Under the pieces are notes generated by a model that saw only the letters and a program-made list of their open reading frames with translations, did no database searches and was not told the DNA's origin. A stretch of DNA of 64,000 nt from assembly GCA_046538485.1 (NCBI GenBank), contig JBKHIT010000020.1:14047-78046 (forward strand), given 5' to 3'. Numbering within the stretch: position 1 is the first letter of the stretch; each line of letters begins with the position of its first letter. Shown one piece after another: positions 38,991 to 48,769 of the stretch. This stretch comes from Candidatus Brocadiia bacterium. GTDB lineage: Bacteria > Planctomycetota > Brocadiia > SM23-32. The position numbers and the translations under genes are program-made.

Positions 38991-41054
38991 CTACTCTGTC
39001 GGAATCCGTTCCAGGACAAGAGATCCATAAGCCGGTATGCTGACAAGATCCTCAACCTCCCGGCCGGTCAGCAGATCCCCGAACTTATCGTCACCGAGCG
39101 GAATATTCACACTTTCATCGTTGAAATTCAGCAGGAAAACGAACTCCCCCTCACCATCTCTCCGCACCTGTGCGGTTATGCCCTCCGGCAATTCACTTCT
39201 GAGAGCGCGCTCCAGTTGAAGTTCCTCGCTGAGCGAACCGTAAAAATCGTCCAGAAATTCCCCGCCGTCCTGGAAAGCAACGTAGTAGACCTCACCTTCG
39301 CCAAACTGATTTACCGTCAGCGCCGGACGCCCCGCGTAAAAATCTTCAGTGTATCTCGCAAGCACCTCCGCGTCTTCTTCGCGAATGAGATCGCAGAATA
39401 TGCGCGTCCCGTAGCTTCCTTGCAGGCCGAGGGAGTTCCCTTCTTCCATCTCCACGCGGTTTGATTCGTCATCATAAAGCACATCCATCTCTTCAGCCCA
39501 GATACCCGCCAGTTCCCGCAGAGGTCCCGGCCAACCGCCCAGAAAACACCGATCATTTTCATCAACGATGCCGCTCCAGTACGTGATCACCAGCGTGCCT
39601 CCCTGCCGCACGAAATCTTCGAGTCGCTCCGAAACGCCGGGGCGGATCATGTAGAGCATCGGTGCCACCAGGAGCCGATACGACTCGAAGCTGCAGTCCA
39701 TCTCAATAACGTCTACGGGAATTGACCGCTCCCAGAACGGACGATAATGGTCGTGGCAAATCCCTTCGTAATTCACCTCTTTGCGCGGTCCGGCGGCACC
39801 TTCGATGGCCCAGCGGTTCTCCCAATCGTAAATCAGCCCGACCTCGGGCCGAACGCTTGTTCCGATCACCGGATCGAGCTGTTCAAGGATACTTCCTACT
39901 TCCGCAACTTCCCGGAAGACCCGGGTGTTTTCATGTCCTGCATGATCGACGACCGCGCCGTGGAACTTCTCAGCGCCCCCGCGGCTTTTGCGCCACTGGA
40001 AATACTGCACCGTATCGGCCCCATGAGCGACCGCCTGGAGGCTGCTCAGACGATGCATGCCCGGGCGTTTCAACTTCATGACGGGCATCCAGTTCGTTGA
40101 GCTCGGGGTGCTCTCCATCAGCATAAACGCCCGGCCCCCTTTCATGCAGCGATTGATGTCGTGCCGGAAGGAAAACTCCACGGCCGTACGCCGATCCGAG
40201 GGACGGTCGTGATATTTCGGGTAGGCATCCCAGGAGATTACGTCAACTTCTTCGGCAAGCCGCCAGTAGTTCAGGCCGGGATACGTCCCCATAAAATTTG
40301 TGGTAATGGGGACTTCGGGCGTGTGTTCTCGTAGCACTTCCGCCTCATTACGGATGAGCGATGCCGTCTGGTCGGTCACGAACCGTTTCCAGTCCAGCGT
40401 CTGCCCCATGATACTTCCCTCGCCGTACGGGCCGCCGGGAGCTTCGATCTGGCTCCAATCGGTATAAGTATGCCCCCAGAAAGCCGTCCACCATTTCTCA
40501 TTCAGTTCATCCAGCGACTCATATTTTCCCTGGAGCCAATCGCGGAATGTCTGTTCGCAGGATTCGCAGTAACAGGCACCTCCGTATTCGTTGTGGATAT
40601 GCCAGACGAGCAATGCCGGATGGTCCGCGTAACGTTCGGCGAGCTTGGAAGCAATCTGGCGGCATTTTTCGCGGTAGATTGGGGACGACAGACAATAATT
40701 AACCCGCCCACGGTGACGTCGGCGGATTCGGTCCACGCCGGTTCGGAGAATTTCGGGGTATTTTTGCGACATCCAGGCCGGGTGCGCAGCGGTGGGGGTC
40801 GCCAGCACCGCCCACGAATCGTTGTCCGCCAGCCTGTCCATAATCTCATCCAGCCAGTCGAACTCGTAACGCCCCGCTTCCGGTTCCACTTTCACCCATG
40901 AAAAAATGCCCACCGACATCGCGTTGCAATGAGCTTCCCGCATCAGACGCATGTCTTCATCCCAGATCTCGGGGGACCACTGATCCGGGTTATAATCACC
41001 ACCATAAAGAAAATGGGGGCATTTCGGGTTAATCGGCGGGTAGCTGTCGGCCAT
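38991..41054 (-). CDS. Beta-galactosidase, GH42
   Basis: YGGDYNPDQW, HNEYG, LMESTPS, EKFHGA. Confidence 0.95.
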   Translation of the reverse strand: MADSYPPINPKCPHFLYGGDYNPDQWSPEIWDEDMRLMREAHCNAMSVGIFSWVKVEPEAGRYEFDWLDEIMDRLADNDSWAVLATPTAAHPAWMSQKYPEILRTGVDRIRRRHRGRVNYCLSSPIYREKCRQIASKLAERYADHPALLVWHIHNEYGGACYCESCEQTFRDWLQGKYESLDELNEKWWTAFWGHTYTDWSQIEAPGGPYGEGSIMGQTLDWKRFVTDQTASLIRNEAEVLREHTPEVPITTNFMGTYPGLNYWRLAEEVDVISWDAYPKYHDRPSDRRTAVEFSFRHDINRCMKGGRAFMLMESTPSSTNWMPVMKLKRPGMHRLSSLQAVAHGADTVQYFQWRKSRGGAEKFHGAVVDHAGHENTRVFREVAEVGSILEQLDPVIGTSVRPEVGLIYDWENRWAIEGAAGPRKEVNYEGICHDHYRPFWERSIPVDVIEMDCSFESYRLLVAPMLYMIRPGVSERLEDFVRQGGTLVITYWSGIVDENDRCFLGGWPGPLRELAGIWAEEMDVLYDDESNRVEMEEGNSLGLQGSYGTRIFCDLIREEDAEVLARYTEDFYAGRPALTVNQFGEGEVYYVAFQDGGEFLDDFYGSLSEELQLERALRSELPEGITAQVRRDGEGEFVFLLNFNDESVNIPLGDDKFGDLLTGREVEDLVSIPAYGSLVLERIPTE

Positions 41055-41506
41055 AATTCATCCTTTCTGAAAGTTACGAAACGACATTTTTTTATTGCAG
41101 ATTATGATAATGGCAAAGACCACCTCGCACAAAGAACGGTCATGTTGGCCGGTCTCTGAGCCGCATTCCGTTGTCGGTGGGCGGTGGTTAACGGAGGAAC
41201 GAGCGCGAACTGGTTTTTGGGGTCAGCGGCATAACTTTCGGACTGCGGCGCTCCGGCGTCGCTTTCTTTGCTCTTCGCCGTATCGCCGTTGCTGATCTCT
41301 GTCCTCTGCGCCTCTGTCATCTGTCCGGTCGTCACCCCCTGCGGGGGTACTTTTTGGGGCTCGGGCCCCTAACCCGCTTTTCTCAAGCGGCACTCCCGGA
41401 AGGCGAACCGCTGCCTTTAGACTCAGATTACAGACTGTGTACCGAGACCAGATGCGAAATATAGTGCCAAGTCGTACCTAAATCCTTCCGTTCTCCGTCG
41501 GATGAA

Positions 41507-42469
41507 TCACTGTTTGCGTTGATTCCTCATCATCTCCGCCCGCAGCAGACGGAATGGGTAGAACCACAGCCGCATAGGGAACCGTTTGTTTGTTACTTCG
41601 TGATGCTTTCGAAGGCTCTGATATTTCCGAAGCCGCTGTTCGGGATCTTCCCCGAAACGCGGACATGCCTCGCCGAATTCTTTTCTCAAGATTTGCTGAA
41701 GTCTCTGGTTCCGGGGAGCGTAATCCTGCGGGTAGGCAGGCGTCCAGAGTATTGCATTTTTAAATTCCGGCCAGAACTTCTGGCTCTCAGGCCAGTTTTT
41801 CTTAATCAGCTCCGGTCGCGAGGCCAGCATGCGCACGCTGTATCCTTCAACAAGTCTGTTTTTGTAGGGATCAACGGTGTACACCCGGTGATCTTTGCGC
41901 ACTTCAGCAATGGTATGATGAGAAACGCCGCTTTCCGGGTCTCGCAGATACACGATCTGGGTTTCCCAACCTTTCTGATAGGCCAATTCGCAAAAAACCC
42001 ATGCCTGCCGGTCGCACAGTCCAGTTCTTCCCTGCCAGATTCTAAGGGGCCACAGCGGGCGTTTGTCCTTGTTTTGACGGGACTCAAGGCGGTCTGCAGT
42101 CGCTTCAAAAAGCGCCTCAATGTCGTCTTTTTCCCCTCTGGTTATCTTTTCGGCGATCATTTTAAAAACGACAGCGGAACGCCATCGATGGAAATCCCGG
42201 TGGCAGAAAGGAGCCGACAGGAAGGCGGGGTCCAGTTTTTCGCGGGCGCTCAGTTTCTTGTAGGCCGCTTTGGGTTCGTCGGGGACTTCTCGGGCGATTT
42301 TCGACGCGAGCCGAACAGCTTTTTGCCCCTCGTTATTTTGCACCGCTTCGACCCAGCGGACGGCCAGAGCGGGCGTCGATGGGTTTTTCAGCAACCAGAG
42401 TCCCTCGATCACCCCTCCGATCAGCAGGACGAGTGCCAGGGCCATCAATAATTTCAGTCGTTTGGACAT
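41507..42469 (-). CDS. Membrane-anchored transglutaminase-like protein
   Basis: TM helix after MSKRLK; GLCDRQA...HHTIAEV...VDP (Cys-His-Asp); the ORF-track extension to 42592 overlaps a REP. Confidence 0.6.
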   Translation of the reverse strand: MSKRLKLLMALALVLLIGGVIEGLWLLKNPSTPALAVRWVEAVQNNEGQKAVRLASKIAREVPDEPKAAYKKLSAREKLDPAFLSAPFCHRDFHRWRSAVVFKMIAEKITRGEKDDIEALFEATADRLESRQNKDKRPLWPLRIWQGRTGLCDRQAWVFCELAYQKGWETQIVYLRDPESGVSHHTIAEVRKDHRVYTVDPYKNRLVEGYSVRMLASRPELIKKNWPESQKFWPEFKNAILWTPAYPQDYAPRNQRLQQILRKEFGEACPRFGEDPEQRLRKYQSLRKHHEVTNKRFPMRLWFYPFRLLRAEMMRNQRKQ

Positions 42470-42494
42470 GGAACCAGTTCCGAAACAAGCGTGT

Positions 42495-42862
42495 GCGCCC
42501 CTTCGGGACGCGTTTTCTTTATTCGCTCCTTTAACCCCGAACTCCGGCGGCTGAGCAAGGGAAACGTCAAAATTACCGTTTTGTTGTGCCAACTCGAGTC
42601 CGTTATCCGTTCACCCGTCGTTGCTGGTTGCTGGTGAACGGATAACGAACTGGAGCTGGTTACTGGTGACCGATCCCCCCGGAGGGTGGCACAGCTTCTA
42701 AACTTCGTAGCTTCTCAACTTCCTCGACGCCACCGCCGTCGCTGTCCAACCGATCACCGATGACAGATCACCGATCACCCGTCGTCCTCTGCGTCTCAGT
42801 GCCTCCGTGTGATAATTGCCGTATGCCTGTAACTTAGAACTTAGAACTCAGAACTTTGAACT
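42495..42862. repeat. Mosaic spacer: REP fragment, 15-bp hairpin, 76-bp inverted copy of 63073-63148, 7-mer and 9-mer microrepeats
   Basis: gcgccccttcgggacgcg...ccccgaactccggcggctga; cgttatccgttcacc/ggtgaacggataacg; (ccgatca)n; (agaactt/c)n. Confidence 0.8.
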
Positions 42863-44008
42863 GTCGTTACTCATAACTGCCGTTCCACCGCTCACCCGCC
42901 GTATCAACATTTCCCATCTGTCCAGGAATGTCTCCAGGCCGAACCGTTCGAGCACGTCCGGTGCCTTCCCGGCCATCCGTTGTCTCTGTTTTTCATCGCC
43001 CATGAGCCGACTCAGCGCCGAGGCCAGGCCTTCGACGTCACCCGGCGGGACCAGAAATCCGTCCACCCCATCGCGGATGATCTCCCCGGGGCCGCTGGGA
43101 CAATCGAAAGAGACCGGCGGCAGCCCACAGGCCATCGCTTCGGTGAGCGCGTTGGGAAATCCCTCGTAGCGGGAGCTCATGACGAACATTTCACCCGCAC
43201 ACAGGATCGGATAGGGATTGCGGAACCGTCCGAGCAGCTGCGCTTCTCCCGCCAGATCCAGCTCGTCAATTTGTCTTTCCAGTTGCGATCGCAGTTCTCC
43301 TTCCCCGAGGATCCCGAGTTTCCAGTTCTCGCAGGTGTCGTCAGGGATACGGCTGAAAGCATCCAGCAGAAGATCGTATCCTTTCTGATCGGCGAGTCGT
43401 CCCATGGACAGGATCCATTTTTGCTGCGATATTGTCCCGGCGAGCTTCTCCGCATCGGTATCCGCGGGTCGGTCATCGAGCACGACGGGGTTCTGTATTG
43501 GCACGACTTTTCCGGCAGGCAGCCATCGCCGGTACCAGGGCGCCATCCCGCGGCTGCAGGTCACCACGGCGTCCGCCAGCGGGAAAGTGATGACACGGGC
43601 GGTGCATGCCAGCGTCCGCAGATCGGTGAGAGCCGGATGAACACGTTCGTTGACGATGACGGGGAACGGCATTCGATCGAGGACGCGCGTGGCGAGCACC
43701 GCGAGGACGTTACATTCGGTCATCACTCCCACAAACGCGTCGGGCTGGAGATGGCGGAGGGCGTTTCGTATCGCGTGGAGTCGTGTGACATTCTTCAGAA
43801 GAGTTTTCATCAGTTCGTCGGTGCCCCAGTGTACATCCAGAGGCAAGATCTCGACCTCTGTGGGAAGTTTATAGAAGGGTTTTTCAGCCCCGGCAAGTGT
43901 CAGAATCGAAATCTTGTATCCCCGCCCGCCGAGTCCCCCTGCCAGCAGGGCCGTCACGCGTTCGGCCCCGCCGCAGTGCAGATTATGAATGAGGAAAGCG
44001 ATATGCAT
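42848..44008 (-). CDS. GT4 glycosyltransferase (PglJ-like)
   Basis: GGAERV, GRLADQKGYD, SSRYEGFPNALTEAMACG; start MHIAF. Confidence 0.92.
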   Translation of the reverse strand: MHIAFLIHNLHCGGAERVTALLAGGLGGRGYKISILTLAGAEKPFYKLPTEVEILPLDVHWGTDELMKTLLKNVTRLHAIRNALRHLQPDAFVGVMTECNVLAVLATRVLDRMPFPVIVNERVHPALTDLRTLACTARVITFPLADAVVTCSRGMAPWYRRWLPAGKVVPIQNPVVLDDRPADTDAEKLAGTISQQKWILSMGRLADQKGYDLLLDAFSRIPDDTCENWKLGILGEGELRSQLERQIDELDLAGEAQLLGRFRNPYPILCAGEMFVMSSRYEGFPNALTEAMACGLPPVSFDCPSGPGEIIRDGVDGFLVPPGDVEGLASALSRLMGDEKQRQRMAGKAPDVLERFGLETFLDRWEMLIRRVSGGTAVMSNDSSKF

Positions 44009-44449
44009 GTCAGATTTGAACCTCAAGGCGGAGAACGCGGTCAAAACCACCAGAATAGTAACACCAGGGTGGTGAGAGTTGCAATGGAAGGGGGGGAGGA
44101 CTGGTGAACGGAGGAACGGATTGGAAAGAGAGAACGGGGTCTGCCCCGCTGCAGAAGTCCCTTACGTCCCTTCTGTCCCTTCGGTCCCTTGCCCTCGCGG
44201 GGCCAGCAAGCTGGCCATGCACTTTTGCGCCACCCCTTCGGGGTTTGCAAATTATGTGACCTCGTGGAGTCCCGGGGCTTACCGCCCGGGTTATCTCTGC
44301 GATCGCCTCTTTTCAGAAGCTTAACTTGCCATAACGAAGACCACGAACTGCCGCGACTTTGGAAAATGCTGGAGAGCTGTAGGTCCGGATCGCCGAGCCG
44401 GAGCTGTCGTTTGTCGTTTCTGCGCGATACCAGCAGGTTTCCGGACCAC

Positions 44450-44646
44450 GTTCTGAACTCCAGCCTGCTCACAGGGAATGGAGACTCGAGTTCAGCTGAG
44501 CTCGCCAGAGGCGAGCGAAACTGGACTTGAGGCGGGCCAATTTGGAAAATGGCTATTCGGACGAAACAGCCCGCGTTCTGAACTCCAGTCCCGCGGGAGC
44601 GGTTCTGAAGTCCAGTCCGCTCACGGGTCACAATCTTCTTCACCCA
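44450..44646. repeat. ~200-bp dispersed structured repeat, copy 2
   Basis: Matches 71-296. Confidence 0.85.
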
Positions 44647-44680
44647 CGGCCCCAGCCCTCGAAGGTTGCGGCCACGAACG

Positions 44681-44791
44681 TCGTTCGTGCGATCCGCTCC
44701 ATTACCAGGCCCTCAACCCCGAACTCCCCCGCTCCGCGGGGTCGCCCGGGGCTACTTCTGAGGCGCCCGCGTTGCGGGCTCAACGACTACC
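44681..44791. repeat. ~115-bp direct repeat, left of the HepT/MntA module
   Basis: Matches 46202-46317. Confidence 0.85.
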
Positions 44792-45027
44792 ACTACGGTA
44801 TGGGGGCCGCCAGACCGGCAACGTGGTTCACTGAATACTTGCCCGAAAATCGCGCGTGAGGCCCTCCTTGAAGGGTTTTGTTGCCGTATCCGGTTGTCTG
44901 CAAAGTGCTTGCGATGGTACGTCCCCTTTCTGGAAGGATCCAGATAAGCGCGGCAGCCATCCCGTCGAAAAAAAACACCGTCCGGCAGCTGACGCCTGCA
45001 TACGGGGCGTCCGGCCCGGCAACCTGC

Positions 45028-45459
45028 TTATTCTCCCCCACGTTCTCGCATGTATTGCCCAACAGCTCTTTTAAAATCTTCCAGGTCAGAAAGTCGATCA
45101 AAATTCCCATACACTTCGTCCCAATCAACTTTCGCATATTCATGAACCAGCGCATTTCGGAACCCGGCCAACGGTGCAAGGGTCCTCGCCAGGTCATCTG
45201 AAATCACGTCTAACTCGCCGAGCCGCAGGAAACTCTCATAGTAATCCTGAGGTTTCCTCGCCTCTTCCAACGAAATGATACGGTGGGCGATATCAATGCA
45301 ACACTGCGCGGCAACCTCAAAATTGCGCTCGGCAATATCCCGCAAATCCCGAGTCGTGTCGAATTCCTCGCGCTCGTGTTGCGCAAGTTCCTGGAGTCTC
45401 GTCAGCCGTGTGTTAAGCTCGTCCAGGCGGTCTTCCAGTCCCTGAAATTCTGGAGTCAT
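45028..45459 (-). CDS. hepT: HEPN/DUF86 toxin
   Basis: FRNALVHEY (RX4HXY); overlaps the stop of the MNT gene. Confidence 0.9.
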   Translation of the reverse strand: MTPEFQGLEDRLDELNTRLTRLQELAQHEREEFDTTRDLRDIAERNFEVAAQCCIDIAHRIISLEEARKPQDYYESFLRLGELDVISDDLARTLAPLAGFRNALVHEYAKVDWDEVYGNFDRLSDLEDFKRAVGQYMRERGGE

Positions 45460-45869
45460 CCCCGGGTCTCCTTCAAAATATCTTCTCTCTGTCGACGCAG
45501 GATCGGGAGGTAATCGCAGTATTTTGACATCAAATTGGCTTCAAAGTCGACCCGGGTAGCCCGGTCCTTTTCATAGACCAACTGGCCGCTGGCGATGACG
45601 TTATACGCAAGTGTCACCGGGGCTTCCCCGAGGACCACCACATCTACTTCCGTCGCATTCAGAACCTCAAGCAACTCATGCTGAATACGGTACCGGCAAT
45701 CCGGCGCGGCGTCAGGAACCAACAATACCCCAAAATCATAGTCACTGGACGGAGCGGCATTTCCCTCTGCGCGGGACCCGAATAAATACGCCAGCGCGAC
45801 CTCCGGGCAGTCGGCAAAATATCCACAAACTTCATTTTGCAACATCTGTTGATTTTTCTCACTCATCAT
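45456..45869 (-). CDS. mntA: Minimal nucleotidyltransferase antitoxin
   Basis: AYLFGSRAEGNAAPSSDYDFG (GSX10DXD); start MMSEK. Confidence 0.9.
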   Translation of the reverse strand: MMSEKNQQMLQNEVCGYFADCPEVALAYLFGSRAEGNAAPSSDYDFGVLLVPDAAPDCRYRIQHELLEVLNATEVDVVVLGEAPVTLAYNVIASGQLVYEKDRATRVDFEANLMSKYCDYLPILRRQREDILKETRG

Positions 45870-46201
45870 CGCACCAACGACGCAAAACCCTGATCTCACG
45901 TGAACATCACGATACGTATCGTAAGTACCGTAACCCCGTGAAAGTGTAATGTCAACGGCAGCCTCTCCGGAAGGAATTTGCGCTGTCGGTGTTTTCAGGG
46001 GCCGGCAGCCGGACATACCCCGAAAATCCCAACTCACTCTGCCCTCGGACGGGGCGCAAATTCCTTCATTTTCCTTTAGCCTGCCGACTGCCGTTCCAAA
46101 AGAGGCCCGTAGGGCCGAATGAGCGCTGGGATAACGGGACGTAAGAGAAAGAATGCGGATCGCCTCGCCGCAGGCGAGCGCCGCAGAAGCGGCGACGGAC
46201 T

Positions 46202-46317
46202 TCGTTCGTGCGATCCGCTCCATTACCGGCCCCTCGACCTCAACCCCGGACTCTCCTGCTCCGCGGGGTCGCCCGGGCTACTTCTGAGACGCCCGCGTTG
46301 CGGGCCCAACTACTACC
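46202..46317. repeat. ~115-bp direct repeat, right of the HepT/MntA module
   Basis: Matches 44681-44791. Confidence 0.85.
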
Positions 46318-46478
46318 GGGCCGTTGGCGCCACTTGAAGGACTGAAAGCCTGGCACATATTGGTACGTACGAGGGAGCCTGAACGGCTGAAATCTTCTTA
46401 TTAATACCCTGGTTGGCGGTTGAACGACAATAACCAGCCCGGCATGAATCCCCCAAGGTCTGGTGTTCTGCGCAAAAC

Positions 46479-46980
46479 TTACGGCGCAATATACGATTCG
46501 ATAGGAGAGGTCCCGCAGACCGTAATCTTCAGCCCGCCCTGCCGTATCGCATAGGGGCTTTCGACGAACGGGCATACCAGCAGATTGCGTCCATCGGGAT
46601 AATGTTCGCGAAAGACGGAGAGGGATTGGGGGTTGAACGCGTCGGGATTGATTTTGGCTTCGATGGTATGTATCCCGTTCGCGCCTTGATCGACGACAAA
46701 ATCTATTTCTCGCTGACTTTTGTCCCGCCAGTAATGTAACGATCGTCGCGGAGAGGCACCGCGCATTTCATCCAGAACGAGATGCTCCCACAAATGTCCT
46801 CTGTCGGTTTCGCGAACAGTTTCCCAGCCCCCCACGTGGGCGACGATTCCCGTATCGAATGCGTAGACCCGGCGTTGTCGCGTAATTTCGCGGTGTCCTC
46901 CCCCATGGAAAGGGGCCAGTCTGAAGATAGCGTTGCTGATTTCCATCGCATCGAGGTAGGAATGGACGGTGGGGTGGCTG
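46479..46980 (-). pseudogene. C-terminal fragment of AAA+ ATPase/DUF4143 protein
   Basis: YAFDTG, GHLWEHLV, YWRDKSQREIDF, IEAK; the ATPase half is missing and replaced by repeat sequence. Confidence 0.8.
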
Positions 46981-47047
46981 GTTTCTGGTGAACCGAGTCT
47001 GCTCCGCCGCAGAGGTCCCTTACGTCCCTTGCCGTTCGCCATTCCCA

Positions 47048-47389
47048 CTAACGCATTTGTCGGTTCAATATCTCAACAACCCCCGAGATGACTTCGTTTG
47101 TCATTGGTTTGCTGAGTCGTCCAACGGTCCGGGCTACTATCGTTACATTCGCCGAGAACAGTTTTCCTGGTCGGACGTAGCTGGTTCTTCGGAGCGAGCC
47201 AGATTCAAAATCGTCATCTGTGATTTCTATAGCATTCGGGTCAGAGTACGGATTACTGGTCACTTGAGACAGAATCCAATCTTGATGCCCGACCTCGGCA
47301 AGCACAATTGCGGGACGAAGTTTGCTATCCGAAAGATCCGAAAAAGGGAATTTGACCAAAACGGCATTTCCTACTGAAGGTGAGCCCAT
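47048..47389 (-). CDS. mazF: PemK/MazF-family toxin
   Basis: VLVKFPFSDLSDSKLRPAIVL..ITS-like VTS. Confidence 0.85.
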   Translation of the reverse strand: MGSPSVGNAVLVKFPFSDLSDSKLRPAIVLAEVGHQDWILSQVTSNPYSDPNAIEITDDDFESGSLRRTSYVRPGKLFSANVTIVARTVGRLSKPMTNEVISGVVEILNRQMR

Positions 47390-47583
47390 GCTTCTTCCTC
47401 CTCGGGTCGTTCCCAGTCACGCGCAAGCGTTTTCTCACTCAAGAGCGCCGTTTCGGGTATTTCGGGTCCATCCTCATCGATAATGGTAACAATGGCGTGA
47501 CAGGGATGATCGAGCTTAAGCGGTTCCAGTAATTTCACGCGCCCGTTTGTATCGATTTCAGCTTCTACTGTTTTTAACATCAT
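47371..47583 (-). CDS. Putative antitoxin of the MazF module
   Basis: LSEKTLARDWERPEEEEAWAHL; overlaps the toxin start. Confidence 0.75.
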   Translation of the reverse strand: MMLKTVEAEIDTNGRVKLLEPLKLDHPCHAIVTIIDEDGPEIPETALLSEKTLARDWERPEEEEAWAHLQ

Positions 47584-47699
47584 CACAATTCCTTTCATTA
47601 CCCACTCGACAGGCGACAACCGCCTTAATTATCATCGATCCTGGACATAATTTTGTCAAGGATATCCCAGGCGCGCAAAGAATTTGTGCTATGAGGTCG

Positions 47700-48310
47700 A
47701 TTGCTGGTTTCTGGTGGCTGGTGAACTCATAACAAACTGGAGCTGGTTACTGGATGCTGGTGGCTTGATTTCGGAGTGCGGTGGCTTGTCACCGCCTTGC
47801 CGTTGTCCGTACCGCCGCGACGCAAACAGCCCCTGAAAGGGGCACCTGAGAGCATAGCCCCCGGCGACCAACGGGAGTCGGGGGATTAGTAGGTCGCCAG
47901 CACATCCCCGCCCCCGGGGCGGCTCAGCGCGGGAATGCAAAAATATTATTTGCTCTACGAGATTCTCTCAAGCGCCCCTTCGGGACGCGTTCTCTTTGCT
48001 CCCATCCTCGACCCCGAACTCCGGCGGCTGACGCCGCCTCCGCACGGGGCTACACTCTGAGACGCTCCCTCGGAGCGTCAAACAGCCCCTGGAAGGGGCA
48101 CCTGAGAGCGTAGCCCCCGGCGATTCCGCGGGAGTCGGGGGATTGGTGGGGCACTCTCAAATCTCCGCCCCGACGGGGGCGGCTGAGATATCATCTTGCG
48201 GCACCTGGACGTGTCGGCTGCTTCCCAACGGTAACCCGGGGCTCGTCCGGCCAAACACCGGCCTCATTTCGCCCCGGGCTTACCGACTGCACCAGCGCTA
48301 AACGCACATA
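47700..48310. repeat. BIME-like REP cluster
   Basis: ~105-bp unit caaacagcccctg.aaggggcacctgagagc.tagcccccggcga at 47823 and 48079, flanking an oppositely oriented unit 47963-48077 that recurs at 42495 and 53897. Confidence 0.75.
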
Positions 48311-48468
48311 CAGGCATCTTACCTGTCAACGGTTCAGTTGCGCGGGACTCCAGCGTTCCCAGGATAGGGAACGGGATCCGGGGTGGCTCAATCCAGCATT
48401 CTGTTCCGAAGGAAAATTAAGGACTTTGCGCCCGGTCCGAGGGCAGAGTCAGCCGGGATTTTTGGGGA

Positions 48469-48597
48469 ATGGTCGGTTTCCGTAATGTGCTTGTGCACGA
48501 TTATGTCGACCTGAATCGCAGACGAGTTTATGAGGTGCTTCAGCACAATCTGGCCGATTTGATGGAGATAAAAAAAGCTCTGGCAGAGATGTTGTAG
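48469..48597 (+). pseudogene. 3' fragment of HepT/DUF86 toxin
   Basis: MVGFRNVLVHDYVDLNRRRVYEVLQHNLADLMEIKKALAEML*; no N-half and no MNT gene. Confidence 0.8.
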
Positions 48598-48769
48598 CCA
48601 TTTCTCTCAGCGAGCGGAGGGACAAGCTGAAAGGTGTGTACGGAGCAGAAGACTTTTTTTGGTTTTTAGTGCTGGTGGTTTAAGTTTGGGGACCCGGTGG
48701 CTCGCCACCGCTTTCACTGCCGTTTGTCGTATTTGTCTTTTACCCTTGCCGTCGCTGCCCTCTGTACTT

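Noticed and set aside
45870..46223. N-terminal extension of MntA in the ORF track
   Set aside because: It runs through repeat and hairpin sequence; the MNT domain starts near 45869
44681..48310. Integron attC cassette array around the TA genes
   Set aside because: No consistent RYYYAAC...GTTRRRY ends and no integrase; the repeats are REP-like
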